Sequence record: OL780484.1
Origin: Escherichia phage vB_EcoM-E33
DNA: 64,000 nucleotides
Reading direction: 5' to 3' (one strand)
Shown: in pieces, positions 22,088-29,907 of the stretch
How the letters are laid out: each line of letters begins with the position of its first letter
How positions within the stretch are numbered: position 1 is the first letter of the stretch
Program-made: the position numbers and the translations under genes
Notes under the pieces: model-generated
What the model was told of the DNA's origin: nothing
Database searches by the model: none
Seen by the model: the letters and a program-made list of their open reading frames with translations, nothing else

Positions 22088-22642
22088 ATGAGCCAGTTCT
22101 TTGAAGAGCGTAAGTTTTATAAGTTCGTTGGTGAATACACTAAAAACAAATTCACTAATAACGGTGCTTATGGCCTCAATACAGCTTTTGCTAAGTATGT
22201 GGGTATGAATCCGTTTGAAGTTGAAATTGATTACCATAACGGGAAGCCACGTGTAAGCCGAATTCGTGTATATGACGAGATGATGTTTGTCGACCCGAGC
22301 AAAATGACAGGTGATCCTAATGATGCAAATAGTGTTCTTTTTAATTCATCAGGCTTTTTTAGCCATGAATTCGAATACTTTATCGAAGTGGTAGACCCTA
22401 AAGAACTGCAGTTAGTTTTCCAGAACCCTGAAATCAAACCTATTAAAACTCCGGCCGATTGGAAAGTGCTTATTGTTAAAAATGGTAAGATTGAAGTTCA
22501 TTCTCGCCATAACACAAAGGAACAAGCCGATCGTCAGGCTGAAGAGCTTTTGACTAAGTCGTTCCAACAAGTGTGTTATATTGTTAAAGGCGACGTTACC
22601 CAAGCTACCACTACCAAACAACTTAAGTTGGAGACCATCTAA
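22088..22642 (+). CDS. Hypothetical protein
   Basis: ATG 22088 with RBS GAGGA, downstream of an early promoter embedded in a stem-loop. Confidence 0.6.
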   Translation: MSQFFEERKFYKFVGEYTKNKFTNNGAYGLNTAFAKYVGMNPFEVEIDYHNGKPRVSRIRVYDEMMFVDPSKMTGDPNDANSVLFNSSGFFSHEFEYFIEVVDPKELQLVFQNPEIKPIKTPADWKVLIVKNGKIEVHSRHNTKEQADRQAEELLTKSFQQVCYIVKGDVTQATTTKQLKLETI

Positions 22643-22875
22643 TGCTGAGCGAACAACCTATTACTGTAGAGCAGTTCCAAGTTAAAGTTAAAGAATTTGC
22701 TCAGGCCCTGATTAATAAGGTTTCTGTACGTTTTCCTGACGCAACTCTGCGAGTAATTCAGGAATCACCACGTGCGGTATTGGTTATCGTTAATCCTAAA
22801 AATGGCGGCCAGATTACCCAGTTGAAACTTGGTTCTGATGGTCTGGTCGAAGCGCAGCGAGTGTTCATAGAATGA
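22642..22875 (+). CDS. Hypothetical small protein
   Basis: 77 aa, start overlaps the previous stop. Confidence 0.55.
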   Translation: MLSEQPITVEQFQVKVKEFAQALINKVSVRFPDATLRVIQESPRAVLVIVNPKNGGQITQLKLGSDGLVEAQRVFIE

Positions 22876-23417
22876 AAGCAAGCACATACCTTCAGATTGC
22901 ATATCTGATTTCTCAAGAATCAAAATGTTGTTCATGGAAAGTGGGTGCGGTTATCGAAAAGAATGGTCGCATTATCTCTACAGGCTATAACGGTTCACCG
23001 TCCGGCGGTGTTAACTGTTGTGACCACGCTGTGGAACAAGACTGGACCCGTGTTGTGTATGACCCAGCGCGGATGTCGCATAAATCTGTTCTTCTTAAAG
23101 AACACCGCATGGCTCACGCTGCATGGTCATCTAAAAATGAAATCCATGCTGAACTGAATGCTATTTTGTTTGCAGCTCGTACCGGAAGTTCTATTGATGG
23201 CGCTACGATGTACGTGACATTATCTCCGTGCGCCGATTGTGCTAAGTCTATTGCGCAGTCTGGAATTAAAACATTGGTTTATGCTGAGCTCTATGACCGA
23301 AATCCTGAAGGGTGGGACGATATCCTCCGTGAATCAGGCATCGAAGTTATCCAGTATAATCGTACAGGTCTCCGTTCTTTGAACTGGGAATCAATTCAAA
23401 ACTATTGTGGTGAATAA
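22872..23417 (+). CDS. cd: dCMP deaminase
   Basis: 181 aa; CCSWKVGAVIEKNGRIISTGYNG and HAE...SPC.DC zinc motifs; matches recalled T4 Cd. Confidence 0.93.
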   Translation: MKASTYLQIAYLISQESKCCSWKVGAVIEKNGRIISTGYNGSPSGGVNCCDHAVEQDWTRVVYDPARMSHKSVLLKEHRMAHAAWSSKNEIHAELNAILFAARTGSSIDGATMYVTLSPCADCAKSIAQSGIKTLVYAELYDRNPEGWDDILRESGIEVIQYNRTGLRSLNWESIQNYCGE

Positions 23418-23650
23418 TGAAATTTCGTCTAGTTAAATTTTCAGGTCTGAACTCAAAAGGTGAAAACCTGATAGCCTATTCAGTAGAATATAAAAAGTAC
23501 TTTTTCTCTCGTTGGAAATCGTACTATAAATCCGAGTGGGTTCGCGCTGAAATGAAATATAAAACGGTGCCTATTCTTGATAATTGCCATAGCCTATTAA
23601 GAGCTCTAAAAGAGCGTAATGCAACCACTATCAAAACTATTCTGGAATAA
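23417..23650 (+). CDS. Hypothetical small protein (31.2-like position)
   Basis: 77 aa ORF in operon-like arrangement. Confidence 0.55.
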   Translation: MKFRLVKFSGLNSKGENLIAYSVEYKKYFFSRWKSYYKSEWVRAEMKYKTVPILDNCHSLLRALKERNATTIKTILE

Positions 23651-23652
23651 TT

Positions 23653-23952
23653 ATGATTTTAACCGAACAAGAAACTATTCGTCTCCGTGAAAAAGTCAAG
23701 ACTATTTTGTCTGTTGGTTTTCACGAAGTCCTGTTTGAAAAAGCCGATGGTAGCGCCCGTCGTATGACTTGTACTCGCGACTTAGACCTGCTGCCATATA
23801 AAGAAGTCCAGGCCCCTGGACCAGAAGCCAATAAAGAACCTGTTAATTATATCAGAGTATTTGATACTAAGGTTAATGATTGGCGCTCATTCCGTTTCGA
23901 TAAGCTGATTTCTATTAACGGCCTTCAGACTGAAACTCTGCTTGTCCTGTAA
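23653..23952 (+). CDS. Hypothetical protein (31.1-like position)
   Basis: 99 aa ORF. Confidence 0.55.
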   Translation: MILTEQETIRLREKVKTILSVGFHEVLFEKADGSARRMTCTRDLDLLPYKEVQAPGPEANKEPVNYIRVFDTKVNDWRSFRFDKLISINGLQTETLLVL

Positions 23953-24010
23953 TATGCTTTAAGAATAGCGTGTTATTATTAATCTATCAACAAAACAATA
24001 TGGATTAAAT

Positions 24011-24334
24011 ATGGAACTTCCTATTAAAGCGGTCGGAGAATATGTTATTCTCGTTTCCGAACCAAAACAAGCTGGTGATGAAGAAACTACTGCATCTGGT
24101 ATCGTTATTGGCAAACTTCATCAAGGTGAAATCCCTGAACTTTGTGAAATTTATTCTGTAGGACCTGATGTCCCTGAAGATTTTTGTGAAGTAGGTGATT
24201 TGACTCCACTTCCTGTTGGTAAGATTGCTAACGTGCCTCATCCTTTGGTTGCATTGGGTATTAAACAACCTAAAGAAATTAAACAAAAATTCGTTACCTG
24301 TCACTATAAAGCTATTCCTTGCCTTTATAAGTGA
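24011..24334 (+). CDS. 31: Co-chaperonin gp31 (GroES analogue for capsid folding)
   Basis: 107 aa; [15 protein letters not shown]...[15 protein letters not shown] near-identical to recalled T4 gp31. Confidence 0.92.
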   Translation: MELPIKAVGEYVILVSEPKQAGDEETTASGIVIGKLHQGEIPELCEIYSVGPDVPEDFCEVGDLTPLPVGKIANVPHPLVALGIKQPKEIKQKFVTCHYKAIPCLYK

Positions 24335-24342
24335 TATAAATA
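24335..24342 (+). promoter_or_regulatory. Late promoter-like motif upstream of rIII
   Basis: TATAAATA right after the gene 31 stop; about 140 nt leader to rIII. Confidence 0.45.
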
Positions 24343-24480
24343 ATAATATGGATTGGCTGCCGGACTAGTTAGTTAACCGGAGAATCCTAAGCGGTGGACT
24401 ACAACTGAGAGACTTGCCGAAAGGAAGTGAAATTCAGAAGAACGTGTCCACCAATCTTTATCTCGAATTGAGAAACTAAA

Positions 24481-24729
24481 ATGAACAAACAATTGAATCA
24501 CGCTCTTGAACTGCAACGCAACGCTTGGAACAACGGTCACGAAAACTACGGCGCATCTATTGATGTTGAAGCCGAAGCACTGGAAATCCTGCGTTATTTC
24601 AAACATCTGAATCCTGCTCAGGCTACTCTGGCTGCTGAACTGGAAGCTAAAGATGAACTGAAATTTGCTAAGCCTTTGGCTTCAGCAGCTCGTAAAGCAG
24701 TACGTCATTTTATTATTACCCTGAAGTAA
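24481..24729 (+). CDS. rIII: rIII lysis-inhibition accessory protein
   Basis: 82 aa, MNKQLNHALELQRNAWNNGHENYGASIDVEAEALEILRYFKHLNPAQ... matches recalled T4 RIII (82 aa). Confidence 0.9.
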   Translation: MNKQLNHALELQRNAWNNGHENYGASIDVEAEALEILRYFKHLNPAQATLAAELEAKDELKFAKPLASAARKAVRHFIITLK

Positions 24730-24760
24730 GTTAAATCGAGGAGCCGTCGAACTGTTTGAT

Positions 24761-24780
24761 TAATGATTTGCGAATCATTA
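24761..24780 (+). terminator. Stem-loop downstream of rIII
   Basis: TAATGATTtgcgAATCATTA followed by TAGTTTTA. Confidence 0.4.
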
Positions 24781-24807
24781 TAGTTTTAAGACCCCAACAG
24801 TTTTACG

Positions 24808-24836
24808 GTGTACCTCTTGAATGTATTTTGTACTAT
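24808..24836 (+). promoter_or_regulatory. Early promoter downstream of rIII
   Basis: GTGTAC, 17 bp, TACTAT (same variant -35 as at 25206). Confidence 0.6.
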
Positions 24837-24991
24837 CACGCGTCAGAAAAAGGTTATCTGTCTAAGTCGTGGTTGGTATGATGACGAGGTTTATGGTTAT
24901 CCTGTCGTTAAATATCCGAAACCTATGTTCCCCTTGAGGGCTTGCGCAGGCAACGCCAATAAGTCCTGCATCCTAATTTAAGAGATTTAAA

Positions 24992-25153
24992 ATGGCTAAG
25001 AAAGAAGTTAAAGTAGTTGACGGTACCTCTAAACGCGCTGGTTACAAGCGTGCGTCCAACAAGCGTATCAATCAGGTAGTTGATAAGCTTCAAGCTCGTG
25101 CTCGTGCAGTATTGCGTGCAGATGCTGCTTGCTTTGGTAAGCCTCAGGCATAA
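24992..25153 (+). CDS. Possible 53-aa basic protein
   Basis: ATG 24992 at the end of a ~150 nt leader, followed immediately by a terminator hairpin; below ORF-track cutoff. Confidence 0.35.
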   Translation: MAKKEVKVVDGTSKRAGYKRASNKRINQVVDKLQARARAVLRADAACFGKPQA

Positions 25154-25158
25154 GTTAT

Positions 25159-25182
25159 GGGACTCTTCGGAGTCCCATTTTT
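25159..25182 (+). terminator. Intrinsic terminator
   Basis: GGGACTCttcgGAGTCCC followed by ATTTTTGTTT. Confidence 0.85.
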
Positions 25183-25205
25183 GTTTCTAAATCTTTAAAA
25201 AAAGG

Positions 25206-25234
25206 GTGTACATCTCCGGTAGGCATGATACTAT
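25206..25234 (+). promoter_or_regulatory. Early promoter cassette
   Basis: GTGTAC, 17 bp, TACTAT; GTACAT/ATGTAC inverted repeat flanks it. Confidence 0.7.
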
Positions 25235-25275
25235 AGACATGTACCAAATAATACTAAAACAAACCGGAGAATAAA

Positions 25276-25608
25276 ATGAAAACTGTAAATCTGAATGCAT
25301 CTGTTAAAGCTAAATGTTTCAACGGTGAATATCAAGAAACCATGTGGGTCCTGACTGCAGTTGAAGGTGATATCATCGAAGTTGAAACAACTGAAGGTAT
25401 GGGTACTGATTTTACATTCACCATCGAGCTTCACAACTTCTTTACAGGTTGGATTTATGAACTGAAAACTGTAATTACTGGTCGTATTGAAGAAAACAAA
25501 AATGGTGAATTCTATTATGTTAATGCCCGTACACGTGCTGAACGTCTGATTGCTCAGATGAAAAAAGTTGGTAAACTTGATATGAAAAATTGGAATGTTG
25601 TGAAATAA
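25276..25608 (+). CDS. Hypothetical early protein
   Basis: 110 aa, own early promoter and RBS GGAGA. Confidence 0.6.
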   Translation: MKTVNLNASVKAKCFNGEYQETMWVLTAVEGDIIEVETTEGMGTDFTFTIELHNFFTGWIYELKTVITGRIEENKNGEFYYVNARTRAERLIAQMKKVGKLDMKNWNVVK

Positions 25609-25611
25609 ATG

Positions 25612-25640
25612 TTTTACTTTGGTACAGGTTGTGTTATTAT
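25612..25640 (+). promoter_or_regulatory. Early promoter embedded in a stem-loop
   Basis: TTTTAC, 17 bp, TATTAT; perfect 9-bp inverted repeat GGTACAGGT (25621-25629) / ACCTGTACC (25644-25652). Confidence 0.65.
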
Positions 25641-25681
25641 AGACCTGTACCAAATAATACGAAAACAAACTGGAGAATAAA

Positions 25682-26047
25682 ATGAACTACATCAACTTCG
25701 AACGTAAATATGTTTCTAACGGTATCGCTGGTTCTTCTGAAGTTATTTGCCTGTGGAAACACAACAACGGCGCGGTGTGCGAAATCGAACAGTGCATGAC
25801 TCCTAACTACGTTTATATGCGCTTTGAAAATGGTATTACGGTTTCAATCACAATGGAAGGTTCTACTTTTAAAATCGCTTTAGATGATGATTTCCGTCAA
25901 CGTGATTTAGGTACCCATCCTTGCTGGAACGGTGTTAATCGTAAGCTTCTGGTTAAAACTTGGATTCGACACATCCTGAGCAACCGAGCTAAACCTGAAC
26001 ACCTGGAAGCAATCTTTGATGTAGTTCTGAACGAATTCGACATCTAA
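25682..26047 (+). CDS. Hypothetical early protein
   Basis: 121 aa, own early promoter and RBS GGAGA. Confidence 0.6.
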   Translation: MNYINFERKYVSNGIAGSSEVICLWKHNNGAVCEIEQCMTPNYVYMRFENGITVSITMEGSTFKIALDDDFRQRDLGTHPCWNGVNRKLLVKTWIRHILSNRAKPEHLEAIFDVVLNEFDI

Positions 26048-26057
26048 TCTTAAAAAT

Positions 26058-26073
26058 GGAGGCTTCGGCCTCC
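26058..26073 (+). terminator. Stem-loop (weak terminator or leader structure)
   Basis: GGAGGCttcgGCCTCC followed by TTTGAGG. Confidence 0.45.
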
Positions 26074-26088
26074 TTTGAGGAAAATATT

Positions 26089-26376
26089 ATGTTTATGACC
26101 ACTTATTTCGATACTCGTAAAAATTTCTGTGAAGTTGTTTTCTCTAAAGCAGGTAAAGACGTTCCTGCCGACAAACAACCTACTCGTGAATCTATTAAGG
26201 CCTATGCTGATGTTGTATGTCCAGTAGAATTCCGTACTGTTAATGGTCGTGATACCTTAGCAATCACTAAGCTCAACCGTGATATCAATATCGACCCTAG
26301 TGCCGCCCGTGAAGTCAACACCTCTGACATCTACGGCGGTAATGTTAAATCACACGGCTTTCAGATGAGGTTCTAA
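26089..26376 (+). CDS. Hypothetical protein
   Basis: ATG 26089 after hairpin 26058-26073, RBS GAGG; ORF-track start 26056 would include the hairpin. Confidence 0.5.
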   Translation: MFMTTYFDTRKNFCEVVFSKAGKDVPADKQPTRESIKAYADVVCPVEFRTVNGRDTLAITKLNRDINIDPSAAREVNTSDIYGGNVKSHGFQMRF

Positions 26377-26570
26377 TGCAACTATTTTTATCGCAAACAG
26401 TCCAGTTAAAAGGTGTAGGTATTCCTGGAATGATTTCAAAGGTTCTACCTGCTTTTAAATTAGGTAATGTTACTATTAAAGAAGCCTACACCGTCCTATG
26501 GGTCGATGGAACTGAAGATGTTCGCATGGGTGGTGAACTGTCTGTAATCAAATGTTTAAAGCGAGGATAA
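26376..26570 (+). CDS. Hypothetical small protein
   Basis: 64 aa, start overlaps previous stop. Confidence 0.45.
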   Translation: MQLFLSQTVQLKGVGIPGMISKVLPAFKLGNVTIKEAYTVLWVDGTEDVRMGGELSVIKCLKRG

Positions 26571-26571
26571 T

Positions 26572-26784
26572 ATGGTTAAGAAATTGATTCAGAAATTATT
26601 AGGTACGGAAATGGTCGAAGTGACTTATCGTGTGACTGATTTATCTCCTGTGCATCCGCAAGATGAACCATATACTAAAACAATTAAAATGCTGAAATCT
26701 GATGGCGGATTATCTATTGAAGACCGTCTACCTGGTTATGGTCATTGGGCTGATGTCGAAATTATAAGTGTCAAAGATGTCTGA
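26572..26784 (+). CDS. Hypothetical small protein
   Basis: 70 aa ORF with RBS AGGA. Confidence 0.5.
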   Translation: MVKKLIQKLLGTEMVEVTYRVTDLSPVHPQDEPYTKTIKMLKSDGGLSIEDRLPGYGHWADVEIISVKDV

Positions 26785-27235
26785 GTTAGAAATAAGAAGC
26801 AATTTTCCATGGCCATCGTGTGCATTAAGTAACTTTGCTAAATGGCCTTTCGTTATGGATGGTATCCAATTTGGAGGGCTCGAAGGATTCCTCCAAGGGT
26901 GTAAGGTGAGAAATCATGAACAACAAAAACGTATATTTGGGATGTCCGGTCTGGCCGCACAACAAACTGGAAGAGCTTATGCAAGAGCTGCGGACCGTGG
27001 GACGCTTTTCTGGCTTGGAATTCCCTTTTCAAGATACTCTACATCATGGAAAGAGTTGTATACAAATGCATATTTTGAAGCAGCGCTCCAAAACAAAGGA
27101 TTCCGCGACGCATTACAAGCTACAAAGGGCAAAGTTTTAAAGCATTCGATGGCGAGCCACCTTACAGAATGTGATACAATACTAACTGAAAAAGAGTTTA
27201 TCGACATCCTAAACAAATTGAGAGATTTATTATGA
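26777..27235 (+). CDS. NADAR-like (YbiA/DUF1768-like) protein
   Basis: LSNFAKWPFVMDGIQFGGLEGFLQGCK resembles the N-terminal signature I recall for E. coli YbiA (FSNFAAWPIKVDGKTWPTSEHYFQAQKF); start ATG 26777 or GTG 26768. Confidence 0.6.
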   Translation: MSELEIRSNFPWPSCALSNFAKWPFVMDGIQFGGLEGFLQGCKVRNHEQQKRIFGMSGLAAQQTGRAYARAADRGTLFWLGIPFSRYSTSWKELYTNAYFEAALQNKGFRDALQATKGKVLKHSMASHLTECDTILTEKEFIDILNKLRDLL

Positions 27236-27870
27236 AACCAGTTATCTTAACAGATATCGATGGAGTATGTTTAAGTTGGCAGTCCGGCTTGCCTTATTTC
27301 GCACAGAAATATAATTTGCCTTTAGAACATATTTTGAATATGATTCAGGACGAACGTTTCTTATCTCCTGGTGAGCTGTTTAATTGTGATAATGAATTAG
27401 GCGCTCGTTTAATCGAGAAGTACAATCAGTCAGATTTTATTCGTTATCTGTCTCCTTACATGGACGCATTAAAACATATCAACAAGCTCAAAAAAGACTT
27501 CGATTTTGTAGCCGTGACTGCGCTAGGCGACTCAATTGATGCACTGCTGAATAGACAATTCAATTTGAATGCTTTGTTCCCTGGCGCATTCAAGGAGATT
27601 CTGATGTGTGGTCATTCAGAATCAAAAGAAGACCTCTTCATAAGAGCTAAAAATACGTACGGTAAACGTATTAAGTTTTATGTTGATGATTTGGCTCACC
27701 ACTGTGATGCCGCATCTAATGTTCTCATGGATATCCAAGTTTATTGGTTGGCTCGTGGTGAACGTGACTTTAAACCTAATTTGGCCGTAAAGGTTAATTC
27801 ATGGGACGATATCGCAGCAATCGAATCCCTTCGTAATAATGCCGCAGTTGAATGGATTGCTCGAGGTTAA
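27232..27870 (+). CDS. HAD-superfamily hydrolase-like protein (possible nucleotidase/phosphatase)
   Basis: 212 aa; N-terminal ILTDIDGV (HAD motif I) and later YVDD; ATGA overlap with the NADAR-like gene. Confidence 0.6.
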   Translation: MKPVILTDIDGVCLSWQSGLPYFAQKYNLPLEHILNMIQDERFLSPGELFNCDNELGARLIEKYNQSDFIRYLSPYMDALKHINKLKKDFDFVAVTALGDSIDALLNRQFNLNALFPGAFKEILMCGHSESKEDLFIRAKNTYGKRIKFYVDDLAHHCDAASNVLMDIQVYWLARGERDFKPNLAVKVNSWDDIAAIESLRNNAAVEWIARG

Positions 27871-27871
27871 T

Positions 27872-28021
27872 ATGTTTGTAGTTCATACAATTTCAGACTA
27901 TGGTCCTACCACTACAATGGATTATGGTCATGTAAACCAGTTTATTCGTCATGTGAATCATGATTACTCATTTGATGTAAATCCGGCTAAAGACCATCCT
28001 GTTTGGCGCGAATGCGTCTAA
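27872..28021 (+). CDS. Hypothetical small protein
   Basis: ATG 27872 directly after the HAD stop, RBS GAGG; ORF-track start 27839 is an overlapping extension. Confidence 0.35.
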   Translation: MFVVHTISDYGPTTTMDYGHVNQFIRHVNHDYSFDVNPAKDHPVWRECV

Positions 28022-28109
28022 CAGGGATTCATTTATGTCCACTTTATGTCCAAGTTCAAATCTGATGGGCGAATGAGATTTGTGTTCTCTTATCATAAGC
28101 GATTAGACT

Positions 28110-28135
28110 TGCTTTTGGCTGATGTGGCTTATAAT
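28110..28135 (+). promoter_or_regulatory. Putative middle promoter for DNA ligase
   Basis: TGCTT, 15 bp, TATAAT. Confidence 0.4.
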
Positions 28136-28160
28136 AGAATCCATGACTAATGAGGTGATT

Positions 28161-29687
28161 ATGATTTTAGATATTTTAAACGAAATTGCTGCTATTGATT
28201 CTACTAAAGCTAAAGAAGCCATTATTGCTCGTGAAAAGGACAATGAGCTTCTGAAACGTGTTTATCGTATGGCTTATACCCGTCGTCTGAACTACGGTAT
28301 TAAAAAGTGGCCAGAACCTGGATTTACATCTCAATCCTTTGGTATGATTACTCTTGAAGACCTTCTTGATTTCGCTGAATTCACATTAGCCACACGTAAG
28401 ATTACGGGTAATGCGGCTATTGAAGAACTGGCTCAAATCATTGCTGATGCCAAGGCCCCGGATGCCGAGGTATTACGTCGTGTAATGATGCGCGACCTTG
28501 AATGTGGTGCATCGATTTCTATTGCTAACAAGGTTTGGAAAGGTTTAATCCCTGAACAACCGCAGATGTTGGCGAGTTCTTATGATGAAGCTTTGATTAA
28601 GAAAAATATTAAATGGCCAGCGTTTGCTCAATTAAAAGCTGATGGTGCTCGTTGTTTTGCCGAAGTTCGTAACGATGGTGTGACATTCCTTACTCGTGGT
28701 GGTAACGAATATCAAGGGCTTAATCTTTTGGCGGCTGAATTAATGGCCATGACCGAAGAAGCTCGACAACGCCATCCTAATGGCGTTATGATTGATGGCG
28801 AATTAGTTTACCATACTCCTAAGGTAGAACCTAAAGCATCTAATGATTTGTTTAGTATGTTTGACGAGGAACTTCCTGAATTAAGTAAGGCTAAGGAATT
28901 CCAAACTGCCGCCGATCGTTCTACGTCAAATGGATTGGCTAATAAGGCTCTTCAAGGAACTATTTCGGCTACTGAAGCCGCTGGTATGGTATTACAGGCA
29001 TGGGATTATGTCCCACTGGATGTCGTGTATTCTGAAGGCAAAATTAAAGGCGATAAGTATGATGTACGCTTTACAGCCTTAGAACTTATGGTGGCTCATA
29101 ATGTCGTATTGCATGGTACAACGCGGGTTGAAGCTATCGAAAACCAGTGGGTTAATAATCTTGAAGAAGCTAAAGTCGTTTATAAGAAATATGTCGACCA
29201 GGGCCTGGAAGGTATTATCCTTAAGAACATGGACTCCTACTGGGAAAACCGCCGTTCTAAGAATCTTATCAAGTTCAAAGAAGTAATCGATATTGCTTTA
29301 GAAGTGGTGGGTTATTATGAACACTCGAAGGACCCTAACAAGCTAGGTGGTGTCGAGTTGGTATCACGTTGTCGTCGAATTACAAGCGACTGTGGTTCAG
29401 GCTTTAAAGATACCACCCATAAGAAAGATAAATCAGGTAAAAAAGTATTGATTCCATTGGAAGACCGTCCTGATTTAGACCGTGAACTTCTTATGAAACA
29501 AGCTCGTGAAGGTAAATTGATTGGCCGTATTGCCGACTGTGAATGTAATGGTTGGGTTCATTCTAAAGGACGTACCGATACTGTAGGTATTTTCCTTCCA
29601 ATTATTAAAGGTTGGCGTTTCGATAAAACAGAAGCTGATACATTTGAAGATGTATTCGGGTCGTGGGACCAAACAGGACTTAATTAA
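28161..29687 (+). CDS. 30: ATP-dependent DNA ligase (gene 30)
   Basis: Start at ATG 28161 (MILDILNEIAAID..., RBS GAGG); KADGAR adenylation motif; matches recalled T4 DNA ligase. Confidence 0.93.
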   Translation: MILDILNEIAAIDSTKAKEAIIAREKDNELLKRVYRMAYTRRLNYGIKKWPEPGFTSQSFGMITLEDLLDFAEFTLATRKITGNAAIEELAQIIADAKAPDAEVLRRVMMRDLECGASISIANKVWKGLIPEQPQMLASSYDEALIKKNIKWPAFAQLKADGARCFAEVRNDGVTFLTRGGNEYQGLNLLAAELMAMTEEARQRHPNGVMIDGELVYHTPKVEPKASNDLFSMFDEELPELSKAKEFQTAADRSTSNGLANKALQGTISATEAAGMVLQAWDYVPLDVVYSEGKIKGDKYDVRFTALELMVAHNVVLHGTTRVEAIENQWVNNLEEAKVVYKKYVDQGLEGIILKNMDSYWENRRSKNLIKFKEVIDIALEVVGYYEHSKDPNKLGGVELVSRCRRITSDCGSGFKDTTHKKDKSGKKVLIPLEDRPDLDRELLMKQAREGKLIGRIADCECNGWVHSKGRTDTVGIFLPIIKGWRFDKTEADTFEDVFGSWDQTGLN

Positions 29688-29857
29688 TGAAAGTTTATTT
29701 AGAAACAATTGTTATATCAAATACAAATATTACGGCAGTCTCTCAAATCATCCTTGATTTTGAGGACGAAATAGCTTTTGCTGATTTTAAAGATACCTTC
29801 GATGGCTATGAAAAAGGCCCTACATTCGAAGTATATCGTACACTGTTACCACTTTAA
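29687..29857 (+). CDS. Possible 56-aa protein
   Basis: ATG overlaps ligase stop (TAATG); ends just before a hairpin; below ORF-track cutoff. Confidence 0.35.
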   Translation: MKVYLETIVISNTNITAVSQIILDFEDEIAFADFKDTFDGYEKGPTFEVYRTLLPL

Positions 29858-29874
29858 GGCCTTCGGGCCTTTTC
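29857..29874 (+). terminator. Terminator-like hairpin upstream of alt
   Basis: AGGCCttcgGGCCT followed by TTTTCT. Confidence 0.6.
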
Positions 29875-29877
29875 TGG

Positions 29878-29885
29878 CATAAATA
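29878..29885 (+). promoter_or_regulatory. Late promoter-like motif upstream of the alt genes
   Basis: CATAAATA 23 nt upstream of the alt paralog 1 ATG. Confidence 0.45.
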
Positions 29886-29907
29886 AGGTTATTAAAGAGG
29901 AATTATT

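Noticed and set aside
24878-24937. 19-codon mini-ORF in the leader downstream of rIII
   Set aside because: No RBS; too short; probably fortuitous.
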